Positions 49,036 to 57,950 of a DNA stretch of 64,000 nucleotides are shown here, in pieces (the first letter of the stretch is position 1; each line of letters starts with the position of its first letter). The position numbers and the translations under genes are program-made. Below the pieces are notes generated by a model. The model worked only from the letters and a program-made list of their open reading frames with translations. It made no database searches and was not told the DNA's origin. The stretch covers positions 2,368,001 through 2,432,000 of the forward strand of contig OY759353.1 of NCBI GenBank assembly GCA_963662315.1. The letters are read 5' to 3'. This stretch comes from Geopsychrobacteraceae bacterium (GTDB lineage Bacteria; Desulfobacterota; Desulfuromonadia; Desulfuromonadales; Geopsychrobacteraceae).

Positions 49036-49800
49036 ATGAGTTGGTTATCAGGAATTGTCGGTGGCGGGATCGGAGCGATGATCGCCGGACCTTTTGGAGC
49101 GATTATCGGAGCCGCAATCGGCGCTGGAATTGGTAACGGCCAGTCGCAACCAAAACAACTTGGCGGTATCAATCAGACTCAGCAACGCCAGGCCATCTTT
49201 TTTACCGCCGCCTATTCGATGATCGGCAAACTGGCCAAAGCTGATGGGCGGGTGTGCCCCAATGAAATTGCCGCCATAGAAAAAATTTCCAAAGAAGCTC
49301 TTGGCCTTGACCAGCAGACCCGTTCCTATGCGATTAACGTTTTTACCCAGGCTAAAGACAGCGCTAACAGTTTTGCTGACTTTGCCAATCAATTTAGCCA
49401 GTACTTTAGCAGAGACCAGCAGCTATGCAGCTTTATGATGACCTTTCTGTTTGAAGTCGCTATGGCGGACGGTGAAATGCACCCCCAGGAAGAACAGATG
49501 TTGCAGCAGGCTAAGGCCGCATTTGGTTTATCCGAAGGGGTTTACCAATCGATGTACAGCCGCTATGTCGGTCACCAGAAGGCGTCTTCCGTCAGTTTGA
49601 ATAAACATTACGAAAACCTTGGCGTATCAGCTGATGCCACAACCGCAGAAATCAAAAAAGCTTATCGCCAAAAAGCCATGGAATTTCATCCGGATAAGAT
49701 CGAAGGTAAAGGATTACCACCTGAATTTATTAAATTTGCCAATGATCGGCTGGCTGAAATCAATGAATCGTATGATAGGATTATGGCAGTACGCAAATAA
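49036..49800 (+). CDS. djlA: DjlA-type co-chaperone (TM, TerB-like, J domain)
   Basis: Gly-rich TM segment, LAKADGRV, AMADG, C-terminal J domain with HPD. Confidence 0.9.
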   Translation: MSWLSGIVGGGIGAMIAGPFGAIIGAAIGAGIGNGQSQPKQLGGINQTQQRQAIFFTAAYSMIGKLAKADGRVCPNEIAAIEKISKEALGLDQQTRSYAINVFTQAKDSANSFADFANQFSQYFSRDQQLCSFMMTFLFEVAMADGEMHPQEEQMLQQAKAAFGLSEGVYQSMYSRYVGHQKASSVSLNKHYENLGVSADATTAEIKKAYRQKAMEFHPDKIEGKGLPPEFIKFANDRLAEINESYDRIMAVRK

Positions 49801-50002
49801 TTGCAGACTTATAGCAGCGCTAATCTGCGGCTGTGCTAGTGCGGAAGGATAGCACTACGCCGCACAAGCACAGCCTTGAATCCCAGGCTACAAGGAAAAA
49901 TTTTCGCTTCAGAAACAGAGATTTCCGGGGTTGTTTTTATCCTTTGCCTGATAGGTAAAAACCGACCAGACTTAGTTGTTTTGATAGAGGAAAGGGGGCT
50001 CG

Positions 50003-51643
50003 ATGTCACAACTTACACAATCACCTGCCTGGCTTGATCTTAAGGATCATTTCTCCACCGCTGAAAAACTGCATATGCGCGATCTGTTTACCAATGATCC
50101 GCAACGTTTTGAACGTTTTTCCCTACAGCTTGACGATATTCTTTTTGATTATTCAAAACATCGCATCACTGAAGAAACGGTCGCAAAACTTATCACCCTG
50201 GCTGAGAAGGAAGGGTTGCAGGACAAAATCGCCGCCATGTTCAGGGGGGATAAAATCAATACCACCGAACAACGTGCCGCCCTGCATACCGCGTTGCGTA
50301 ATCGCAGTAACCAACCGGTCATGGTCGATGGCGTGGATGTTATGCCCCAGGTCAATGCGGTCCTGGATAAAATGCGCAGTTTCTGTGAGCGAGTACGCAG
50401 CGGTCAATGGCTTGGGGCCAGTGGACGGATGATCACGGATATTGTCAACATCGGTATCGGCGGCTCGGACCTGGGACCGCTGATGGTCACTGAAGCACTC
50501 AAGCCGTATGGTCACGAACGTCTGAACGTTCATTTTGTCTCCAATGTCGATGCGACACATCTGTGTGAAACCCTCAAAAAAGTTCACCCCGGAACTACCC
50601 TCTTCCTGATCGCTTCAAAAACTTTCACCACCCAGGAAACCATGGCCAATGCCCACTCAGCCCGCACCTGGTTTCTGAACCATGGCTTCATGGAAGAGGA
50701 TATCGCCAACCACTTTGCCGCCTTGTCCACTAACAGCGAGGCGGTCAGCGCCTTCGGCATTGACCCGGCCAACATGTTCGAATTCTGGGATTGGGTCGGA
50801 GGTCGTTACTCCCTGTGGTCAGCCATCGGCCTGTCTATCGCTCTGTACATCGGGATGGATCACTTTGAAGAGTTACTGACCGGGGCTCACCGGGTCGATG
50901 AACACTTCCGCACCGCCCCCCTGAAGGAAAATATTCCGGTCATCATGGGCTTGCTGGGGATCTGGTATAACAACTTCTTCGGCGCCGCCTCCCATGTCAT
51001 TCTTCCTTACGACCAGTATCTGCATCGCTTTGCGGCGTATTTTCAACAGGGGGACATGGAAAGTAACGGCAAAGGGACGACACTGGCTGGAGAGGCGGTT
51101 GATTACTCAACTGGCCCGATCATCTGGGGCGAACCAGGAACCAACGGGCAACATGCTTTTTATCAATTGATCCACCAGGGAACCAAGCTGATTCCCGCTG
51201 ATTTTATTGCTCCGGTAAAGAGCCACAACCCGCTGGGCAACCACCATGAGCTATTACTCTCCAACTTTTTTGCCCAACCGGAAGCCTTGATGAAGGGGAA
51301 ATCTGCCGTAGAGGCACGTAGCGAACTTGTATCTGAGGGGTTACCGGAAAGCCGGGTTGAAGAGCTGGTTCCCCATAAGGTATTTTCGGGTAACCGGCCG
51401 AGTACGTCTATCATATTTGAACAACTGACCCCTAAAACACTGGGATCATTGATCGCCCTGTACGAGCACAAAATTTTTACCCAAGGAGCGATCTGGAATC
51501 TGAATCCCTTTGATCAGTGGGGGGTTGAACTGGGCAAGCAACTGGCGAAAAAAATCCTGCCGGAGCTTGGTCAGGACGGAGAGGTTTCAGAACACGACAG
51601 CTCAACCAACGGGTTGATCAACTATTACCGGAAGCTGCGCTAA
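50003..51643 (+). CDS. pgi: Glucose-6-phosphate isomerase
   Basis: Motifs [42 protein letters not shown]. Confidence 0.98.
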   Translation: MSQLTQSPAWLDLKDHFSTAEKLHMRDLFTNDPQRFERFSLQLDDILFDYSKHRITEETVAKLITLAEKEGLQDKIAAMFRGDKINTTEQRAALHTALRNRSNQPVMVDGVDVMPQVNAVLDKMRSFCERVRSGQWLGASGRMITDIVNIGIGGSDLGPLMVTEALKPYGHERLNVHFVSNVDATHLCETLKKVHPGTTLFLIASKTFTTQETMANAHSARTWFLNHGFMEEDIANHFAALSTNSEAVSAFGIDPANMFEFWDWVGGRYSLWSAIGLSIALYIGMDHFEELLTGAHRVDEHFRTAPLKENIPVIMGLLGIWYNNFFGAASHVILPYDQYLHRFAAYFQQGDMESNGKGTTLAGEAVDYSTGPIIWGEPGTNGQHAFYQLIHQGTKLIPADFIAPVKSHNPLGNHHELLLSNFFAQPEALMKGKSAVEARSELVSEGLPESRVEELVPHKVFSGNRPSTSIIFEQLTPKTLGSLIALYEHKIFTQGAIWNLNPFDQWGVELGKQLAKKILPELGQDGEVSEHDSSTNGLINYYRKLR

Positions 51644-51648
51644 GGAAA

Positions 51649-51686
51649 AAAATCCACCGCTGAACATTGTATCAGCGGTGGATTTT
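51649..51686. terminator. Bidirectional terminator
   Basis: AAAATCCACCGCTGA/TCAGCGGTGGATTTT. Confidence 0.8.
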
Positions 51687-51701
51687 GCCATTTTCAAAAA
51701 C

Positions 51702-53990
51702 TCAACATAAACTATAGCCCTGCGAACCGAACAGCAGTTGATGCGCCTGATGGCTACCCAGAGGCTGGGCTACCAGATAGCCCTGGATATAGTCGCACCC
51801 GGCCCCTTTGAGAAATTGCACCTGTTCAGGGACCTCAATCCCTTCAGCCACCGTCTTAATTCCCATATCTTTTGCCAGGGAGATACAAGCCTGGACAATC
51901 GCCTGATCGCTGATGGAATTCAGCACACTGCGCACAAAGGACTTGTCGATTTTCAGAATGTTGATCGGGAAATGCTTGATATGATTCAACGATGAGTAGC
52001 CAACCCCAAAGTCGTCGAGACTGACCGCGATGCCGAGAGCGGCGATGTCCTTTAAAACAATGGCCAGGTGCGAGGTATCTGAAAACATGGCCGTTTCGGT
52101 GATTTCGATTTCCAGCGCCTCGGGTGGCAGGTTATAGAGGTCAATATATTTTCGGATCTTATTCACCAGATCGGGGTCTTTGAGCTGCTGTGCCGAAAAA
52201 TTTACGCCGATCGACAGGTCGGTCCGTCCCAGATCAAACCAGCATTTTAATTGTCGACAGGCTTCATTGAGCACCCAATCCCCTATTTTCCGACTCAAAC
52301 CGGTTTCTTCAGCCACAGAGAAGAAGTCATCCGGATAAATCAGGCCACGCTGAGGGTGCTGCCAGCGGATCAACGCCTCAAACCCTACGATGCGCTGATC
52401 TGCAAGAGCGACCTTGGGCTGATAGTGCAAAACAAACTCCATACTGTCCAGCGACGCGTCCAGTTCAGCTTTCAACTTATTTTTTTCCAAGTAAGGCTCG
52501 TAGCGATAATCGGAGAAGAAATGATAGGTTCCGCGCCTGGTACGCTTGGCCTGATACATGGCCAGGTCGGCATGTTTGAGCAGATTGGCGAGGTCCTCTC
52601 CATCGTTGGGATAAAGGGAAATTCCGACACTGCCACCAATGCGGATAACATACTGCTCAATATCAAAAGGATTCTGTAAAGACCCCAGGATTTCCTCAGC
52701 AATGGCAATGGACTGAGCGGCAACATTCTTCTGCCCCCTGATGCCATCCAGCAGAAATGCGAATTCATCGCCATCCAGCCGGGCCACCGTATCACTGGCC
52801 CGCACCAGGGATTTCAGGCGCCTGGCGATCTGCTGCAACAATCTGTCGCCAGTTTCATGACCGTAGGCCTCATTGACCTCTTTAAAAAAATCAAGATCCA
52901 GAAACAGAATGGCCAGCGAATAACTGTCCCGTTTGGCACGCCGTAACGCCTGTTCCAAACGGTCATAAAACAGAGCACGGTTAGGCAGATTGGTGAGAGT
53001 ATCGAAATGAGCCAATTGCAGAACATGTTTCTCCGACATCATCTTTTCGGTAACATCGGTACAGATCCCGACATAGCTCTCAACATCGCCATGACTGTCG
53101 AGCACCCGGTTAATACACAACAATTGAGCAAACAGATTGCCATTCTTTTTACGATTCCAGATTTCCCCCCGCCAGACCCCTGTTTTCCCTATGGTCCGCC
53201 ACATTTCATCATAGAAGCCGTGGTCATGCTGGCCGGACCTAAACACTGAAGGCGTCTGCCCCAGGAGCTCCTGACGCGAAAACCCACTCAGCTTGAGGAA
53301 ACCGTTATTAACTCGAATAATTCTGCCATGCCGATCTGTAACAATAATCCCCTCAGAGGTTTTATTGAACACCTTTTCAGCGACATTAAGCAGTTTTTGC
53401 TTTCTACGTAACGACGACACATCGGTAACTACCGCCTGTAAATATGTGTCGCGCTCAGAGCTGGATTTACCAATAACCTTACGTCCAGCCACAGAAATGA
53501 TCCGCTGTCCATCCCCAGCCAAGCGTAATTCAAGATTCTTCCCTTCGGGACGTTTATAGAAAGCAGGATAACTGGTCGAAAACAATCTTTTATCGTCCCG
53601 GTTGAGAAAATCACTGAGAGACCTGGCGATCACATTTTCATGTTCCGGATCAAGCAGTTCCAGAAAGGTTTTGTTCGCTTTCAGAATCTGACCATCGCCA
53701 GTCAGGCTGGCATAGCCAAGCGGAGAGTAGTCATAGAGTTCCTGGTATTCTTCGGAAACCTCATCCAGCTGATGGTGAATCTGCTGCAGTTCCTGATGTC
53801 GTACTTCTATTTCGGTTTGATATGCCTGTAAACTGTTCAACAGGAAGTCCAGCTGGACCATACTGAGGTTTGGCAACTGATCCGGGTCGCAGCTCTTTGC
53901 CTTTTGGGCATCCTGCCTGAGTTTATCCAGATAATTTCGTTTTTCTTGGGACAAACCAATCACAGCAACCTCCGTAGCAACATATTCCAC
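51702..53990 (-). CDS. PAS-PAS-GGDEF-EAL c-di-GMP enzyme (GGDEF reads DGDEF)
   Basis: Motifs DTLTNLPNR, RLDGDEF, GFEALIRW, LDDFGVGYSS, KIDKSF, AEGIE, QGY. Confidence 0.93.
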   Translation of the reverse strand: MEYVATEVAVIGLSQEKRNYLDKLRQDAQKAKSCDPDQLPNLSMVQLDFLLNSLQAYQTEIEVRHQELQQIHHQLDEVSEEYQELYDYSPLGYASLTGDGQILKANKTFLELLDPEHENVIARSLSDFLNRDDKRLFSTSYPAFYKRPEGKNLELRLAGDGQRIISVAGRKVIGKSSSERDTYLQAVVTDVSSLRRKQKLLNVAEKVFNKTSEGIIVTDRHGRIIRVNNGFLKLSGFSRQELLGQTPSVFRSGQHDHGFYDEMWRTIGKTGVWRGEIWNRKKNGNLFAQLLCINRVLDSHGDVESYVGICTDVTEKMMSEKHVLQLAHFDTLTNLPNRALFYDRLEQALRRAKRDSYSLAILFLDLDFFKEVNEAYGHETGDRLLQQIARRLKSLVRASDTVARLDGDEFAFLLDGIRGQKNVAAQSIAIAEEILGSLQNPFDIEQYVIRIGGSVGISLYPNDGEDLANLLKHADLAMYQAKRTRRGTYHFFSDYRYEPYLEKNKLKAELDASLDSMEFVLHYQPKVALADQRIVGFEALIRWQHPQRGLIYPDDFFSVAEETGLSRKIGDWVLNEACRQLKCWFDLGRTDLSIGVNFSAQQLKDPDLVNKIRKYIDLYNLPPEALEIEITETAMFSDTSHLAIVLKDIAALGIAVSLDDFGVGYSSLNHIKHFPINILKIDKSFVRSVLNSISDQAIVQACISLAKDMGIKTVAEGIEVPEQVQFLKGAGCDYIQGYLVAQPLGSHQAHQLLFGSQGYSLC

Positions 53991-54195
53991 ATAAAAATAA
54001 GTCTATGAAAGTATAGCTTGTTTTTAGATATTTACTCAGCACACATTAAAATTCTCATCAATTTGTAACGCTTCAATGATTATTAAAATAATAGAATTAA
54101 TATTATCTCTTTTTTCTTTTTACCAATCCCGTTAGAATCAGATGCCGGACATGCTCCTGCAGCAGTAACGCGAACATTTATCCATAATCTGACAG

Positions 54196-55047
54196 GTGAA
54201 AACGATGCAACACATTCATCAGCTGCTTTATTCAGCGACTGAGCTGAAAACATTGCTGGACAATGGTCAGGTTACTCTGATTGATGTGCGTGATCAGAAC
54301 GACTTTCAGGCCGGCCACATTCCCGGTGCCGTCAATCTTCCTCAGCTATTTTACTATCTTGCCGAATCAACCCCGGAAGGGCTTGAAATGACTCATTTTG
54401 AGCTCCAGATCCTGTGCCGTCAGGCAGGGGTGACGAAAGAGCGACCGGTGGTTGTTTATGAACACAGCATGGATACCCGCTACGGTGGGTCATGTCGCGG
54501 CTTCTGGCTAATCACCTATGCCGGGCACCCCCAGGTGAGCGTACTCAACGGAGGTCTTGCCGGATGGCTTGCTGCTGGCTACAGCCTGACAACCGAACCA
54601 ACCTCCGTTGCACCATCACAGTTTTGCGTCGAACCACAGAGTCAGTTAATTGCGACGCGCGATGACGTTGAACAATCTATCCACGACACCAGTCTGGTCG
54701 TTATTGATAACCGCGACCTCGATGAGCGGGAAGGACTCAGCTCCTCCCCTTATGGAATAGACTATGCCCCCCGAAAAGGCAGGATTCCCGGTTCAAAGTG
54801 GATGGAATGGTATGAATTTTTAGACCGGTCCAAACATCCGGTGACCTTTAAATCCCTTCAACACATTCGTGCTTGGTGTGACAAGGAGGGAGTTAAGCCA
54901 GAAGACAATATCATCCTTTACTGTTTCAAAGGGGCACGCTCTTCGAATACCTACATTGCCTTGACCACGGCAGGATTCTACAACGTGAGATTGTTTCTGG
55001 GATCATGGAATGAATGGTCGCGGGATGAGCGGTTGCCGATTGATTAA
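54196..55047 (+). CDS. Tandem-domain sulfurtransferase (rhodanese/SseA-like)
   Basis: Motifs GHIPGA, LNGGL, GRIPGS, YCFKGARS, GSWNEW. Confidence 0.9.
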   Translation: MKTMQHIHQLLYSATELKTLLDNGQVTLIDVRDQNDFQAGHIPGAVNLPQLFYYLAESTPEGLEMTHFELQILCRQAGVTKERPVVVYEHSMDTRYGGSCRGFWLITYAGHPQVSVLNGGLAGWLAAGYSLTTEPTSVAPSQFCVEPQSQLIATRDDVEQSIHDTSLVVIDNRDLDEREGLSSSPYGIDYAPRKGRIPGSKWMEWYEFLDRSKHPVTFKSLQHIRAWCDKEGVKPEDNIILYCFKGARSSNTYIALTTAGFYNVRLFLGSWNEWSRDERLPID

Positions 55048-55286
55048 AATGGAATGTTAATGGATTGGAATAGGATATTCTCTAAAGAGAACGTGAAGCA
55101 CACAGAGTATCCTCTCCCACCACCGCTTGCCCATAAGGTGCAAGCACCTTGGGCTGCCGGGCCGGGACCCGGCGACCTTGGTGTTGTCTTTCGATGTTAC
55201 AAAACAGTTTAAATCAAGACCGCAGGGTTCCGCCCCTGATGGCCAGAACCGCAATGCCTGCGGCATTTATTGATTCATGAAACAGG

Positions 55287-57197
55287 CTACGCCGCAGAGG
55301 AAATAATGCGCTGCACATCGAGCAGTGTCCGCACTTCCCCTTTCATCTTCGTCATCGCCAGAATATACTCAGCATGCGCCATCATCTCAGGCACGGCTTC
55401 AACATCATCAGCCGTAACATCGATAATTTCCGACACCCCTTCCACCATGATACCGAGGGCGACACTCTGGCCACCAACCTCATTTTCCACCACGATAATA
55501 GCGATACGGTCATTCTCTGCAATCGCCTCGTAGCCGAACCACAGGTTCAGGTCGAGTACCGGAATCATGATACCGCGCAGATTCATAACACCACGGATAT
55601 AATTCTCGGCCTCAGGAACTTTGATCAAGTGCTGGTTACTGACAATTTCGCGAATCGTCATAATGCCAATACCGTAATCCTCACCGGCCGAGGTGGCAAA
55701 CAGATACTGCCCTTCCTTACCGATCATTTTTTTGGTCATGCTTTCACCGGCCCGCGCCTTGCGCACCTTGTCCAGGAAGCTCGCCGGTTCCAAGGTCGTG
55801 GGCTGATCCGCAGCCGGGATATAAGAACAGGCCTTATTGGCAAACTGCAGTTCCAGAAAAGCATGAATATCGATCAGGCTGCCCAGATCCATCTTGTTAT
55901 GCAGGTATTCCTGCATCGCATTCAGGTCAGATGCAACCGGATAAAGGTCGTTCGTTTTGATCCCGGCGGGTTCGCTCAGAACATTGAACAAAACCTGCTC
56001 TTTGAGCCCGAGATCCCCGGTTGGATCGAGAAACTTTACCGCAATCTGAGCCGATTTTTCCGGCTGCTGATCAATATATTTACCAGCCTGAACCAACAGG
56101 CTGACCAGCTCCTGCACCGCCTCGGGGTGTTGCTCGATCAGCTCCTGGCGCATAACGCAGACACAGCAGGGATGCCCCTCCCATACATCACCGGACAACA
56201 GCACCTGATCAGCGTTCCCCGCCGCAATCGCCTTGGTACCAAGCGGTTCAGCAACCAGGTAACCACCGGCGTCCGGGTTTCCGGACAGCAGTTCAGGCAT
56301 TTGGATCGGTGGTACAATTTCAAACTTCATGTCGCCGCTCGACTTCCCGGCAACACCAGGATCAAGACCCAGCTGAGTCAGATAGGCGTGGGACAACAGG
56401 TGGTGAACGGATAACTGGTGCGGCAGATAAAAGGATTTGCCCTGGAACAGCTCTTTGCCTTGCCCCCGGTTCAACTTGTTCCGCACCATGATACTACCGT
56501 TTTTATGGGCCAGGAGCACCAGTTTGATCGGCACACCAAAACCAAACAGGTCCATGGCCATCGGTGCCAGGATTAAAGCTCCATCAGCGCTGCCTTCCTC
56601 AAGACTGGATGCGACCGGATTCCAGCTTTTATAGCATTGGGTCTGCAGCGTGAAATGCTTGGGTCGGACCTGCCCCGATTCGATCATCTCTTTGGCAACC
56701 CCGAGCACCAGGTGATCGGTAATCTGGATATGACCGATATGAAATACGACTTTTCCATCCGCCTGAACAATCGGTTGGCGCCCTTTTACCGTGGCAGCAG
56801 AATCGTCCCCACCACTCATGGCCTGTTCAATTTTGACCATCAGGTCATCCGGGGTAAATGGCTTCGAAACGACACCGTTACCACCAGCGTCACTGGCCAG
56901 CTTGATCTGTTTTTTCTCCCCCTGTCCGGTTGCCATAATGAAGGGGATATGCCGTAGTTGTTCCTGTCCGCGAACCCATTTGAGTAAATCGAGGCCGGTC
57001 AGCTGGTTCATATTCCAGTCACTGATAATCAGATCGACCTGTTCCCCGCCGGTCAGCATTTCGATCGCCTGTTCTGCGTCAACAGCTTCAATGACGTTTT
57101 CAAAGCCAAGGGTTTTACGCAGAATTCGTCCTTCTATCTTGCGGGCAGGGGAAGAATCTTCGACCAGCAGAATACGGATACTTTTGTCGACACTCAT
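55287..57197 (-). CDS. Fusion of a CheY-like receiver, an NrtA/CmpA(NMT1)-like binding domain and CheW
   Basis: N-terminal LVEDS/ISDWNM/SKPF. Central IGHIQITDH, SWNP, APMAMDL, HKNGS, VAEP, HPCC. C-terminal YGIGIMTIREI...GVMNLRGIMIPVLDL. Confidence 0.85.
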   Translation of the reverse strand: MSVDKSIRILLVEDSSPARKIEGRILRKTLGFENVIEAVDAEQAIEMLTGGEQVDLIISDWNMNQLTGLDLLKWVRGQEQLRHIPFIMATGQGEKKQIKLASDAGGNGVVSKPFTPDDLMVKIEQAMSGGDDSAATVKGRQPIVQADGKVVFHIGHIQITDHLVLGVAKEMIESGQVRPKHFTLQTQCYKSWNPVASSLEEGSADGALILAPMAMDLFGFGVPIKLVLLAHKNGSIMVRNKLNRGQGKELFQGKSFYLPHQLSVHHLLSHAYLTQLGLDPGVAGKSSGDMKFEIVPPIQMPELLSGNPDAGGYLVAEPLGTKAIAAGNADQVLLSGDVWEGHPCCVCVMRQELIEQHPEAVQELVSLLVQAGKYIDQQPEKSAQIAVKFLDPTGDLGLKEQVLFNVLSEPAGIKTNDLYPVASDLNAMQEYLHNKMDLGSLIDIHAFLELQFANKACSYIPAADQPTTLEPASFLDKVRKARAGESMTKKMIGKEGQYLFATSAGEDYGIGIMTIREIVSNQHLIKVPEAENYIRGVMNLRGIMIPVLDLNLWFGYEAIAENDRIAIIVVENEVGGQSVALGIMVEGVSEIIDVTADDVEAVPEMMAHAEYILAMTKMKGEVRTLLDVQRIISSAA

Positions 57198-57537
57198 TAT
57201 GGGATCCCTTCTTAGTCTTCATCGAGAAGCTGGTAAGGATAATTGCAGCTGTCTTTGAATATCCTTAAAAAATAACAAATTTTCATTCATAAATAAATAC
57301 TAATTATTTTAGGCAAATAATTAATACTAAAATATATTTTTCAGCTTCACGCTACTGCGAACGAAATCTTACCAGAGAGATATAGCTTATCTCTGTAGCA
57401 GGGGTGATTAATTTTTTATCACTTCTTCCATATTCATAACCAAATTTATCTGACCAATCTCCCGTAGGTCATGCGAAGAACACAGTTATCCCTTGAAAAG
57501 TGATATTTTCTTTTTCTTGAGTCACATTTTGACAGGC

Positions 57538-57553
57538 TGGCACACTCTAAGCA
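57538..57553 (+). promoter_or_regulatory. Sigma54 promoter upstream of feoA
   Basis: TGGCACACTCTAAGCA (GG-N10-GC). Confidence 0.55.
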
Positions 57554-57651
57554 AATATGGAGTTGAAAAGGATTTTCAATTTTATTGATATTTGTGACCT
57601 GGGTCACAGATTCAGGATAAAAAGACAGGCAAGATTGGCCGGTAAATTAAT

Positions 57652-57670
57652 TTTGATAATTATTATCAAA
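57652..57670. promoter_or_regulatory. Fur box
   Basis: TTTGATAAT-T-ATTATCAAA, a perfect 7-1-7 Fur palindrome upstream of feoA. Confidence 0.85.
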
Positions 57671-57712
57671 TTACCCTATAGAACACAGACAGTTTTAAAG
57701 GAGACAGATACC

Positions 57713-57946
57713 ATGCCACAGCAATTAGGACATTTAACCGTAGGGGATCAGGCTACGGTTAGCGGCTTCGAAAAAGGGGCAAGAGAATATCGGGCCAGGC
57801 TACTGGCAATGGGGCTGACAAAAGGCAGTAAGTTGAAAGTCATCCGTATTGCACCATTGGGCGACCCCATAGAAATAAACGTTCGCGGGTTCAATCTGAG
57901 CCTGCGCAGGGCCGAGGCCGACGCAGTACTGGTTGAAAGGAATTAA
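57713..57946 (+). CDS. feoA: Ferrous iron transport protein A
   Basis: RLLAMGLTKG...APLGDPIEI...LSLRRAEA; AAGGAG RBS. Confidence 0.95.
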   Translation: MPQQLGHLTVGDQATVSGFEKGAREYRARLLAMGLTKGSKLKVIRIAPLGDPIEINVRGFNLSLRRAEADAVLVERN

Positions 57947-57950
57947 GCTT

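Noticed and set aside
55374..56414. 346-aa plus-strand ORF
   Set aside because: Antisense shadow of the REC-NMT1-CheW gene with no recognisable motifs.
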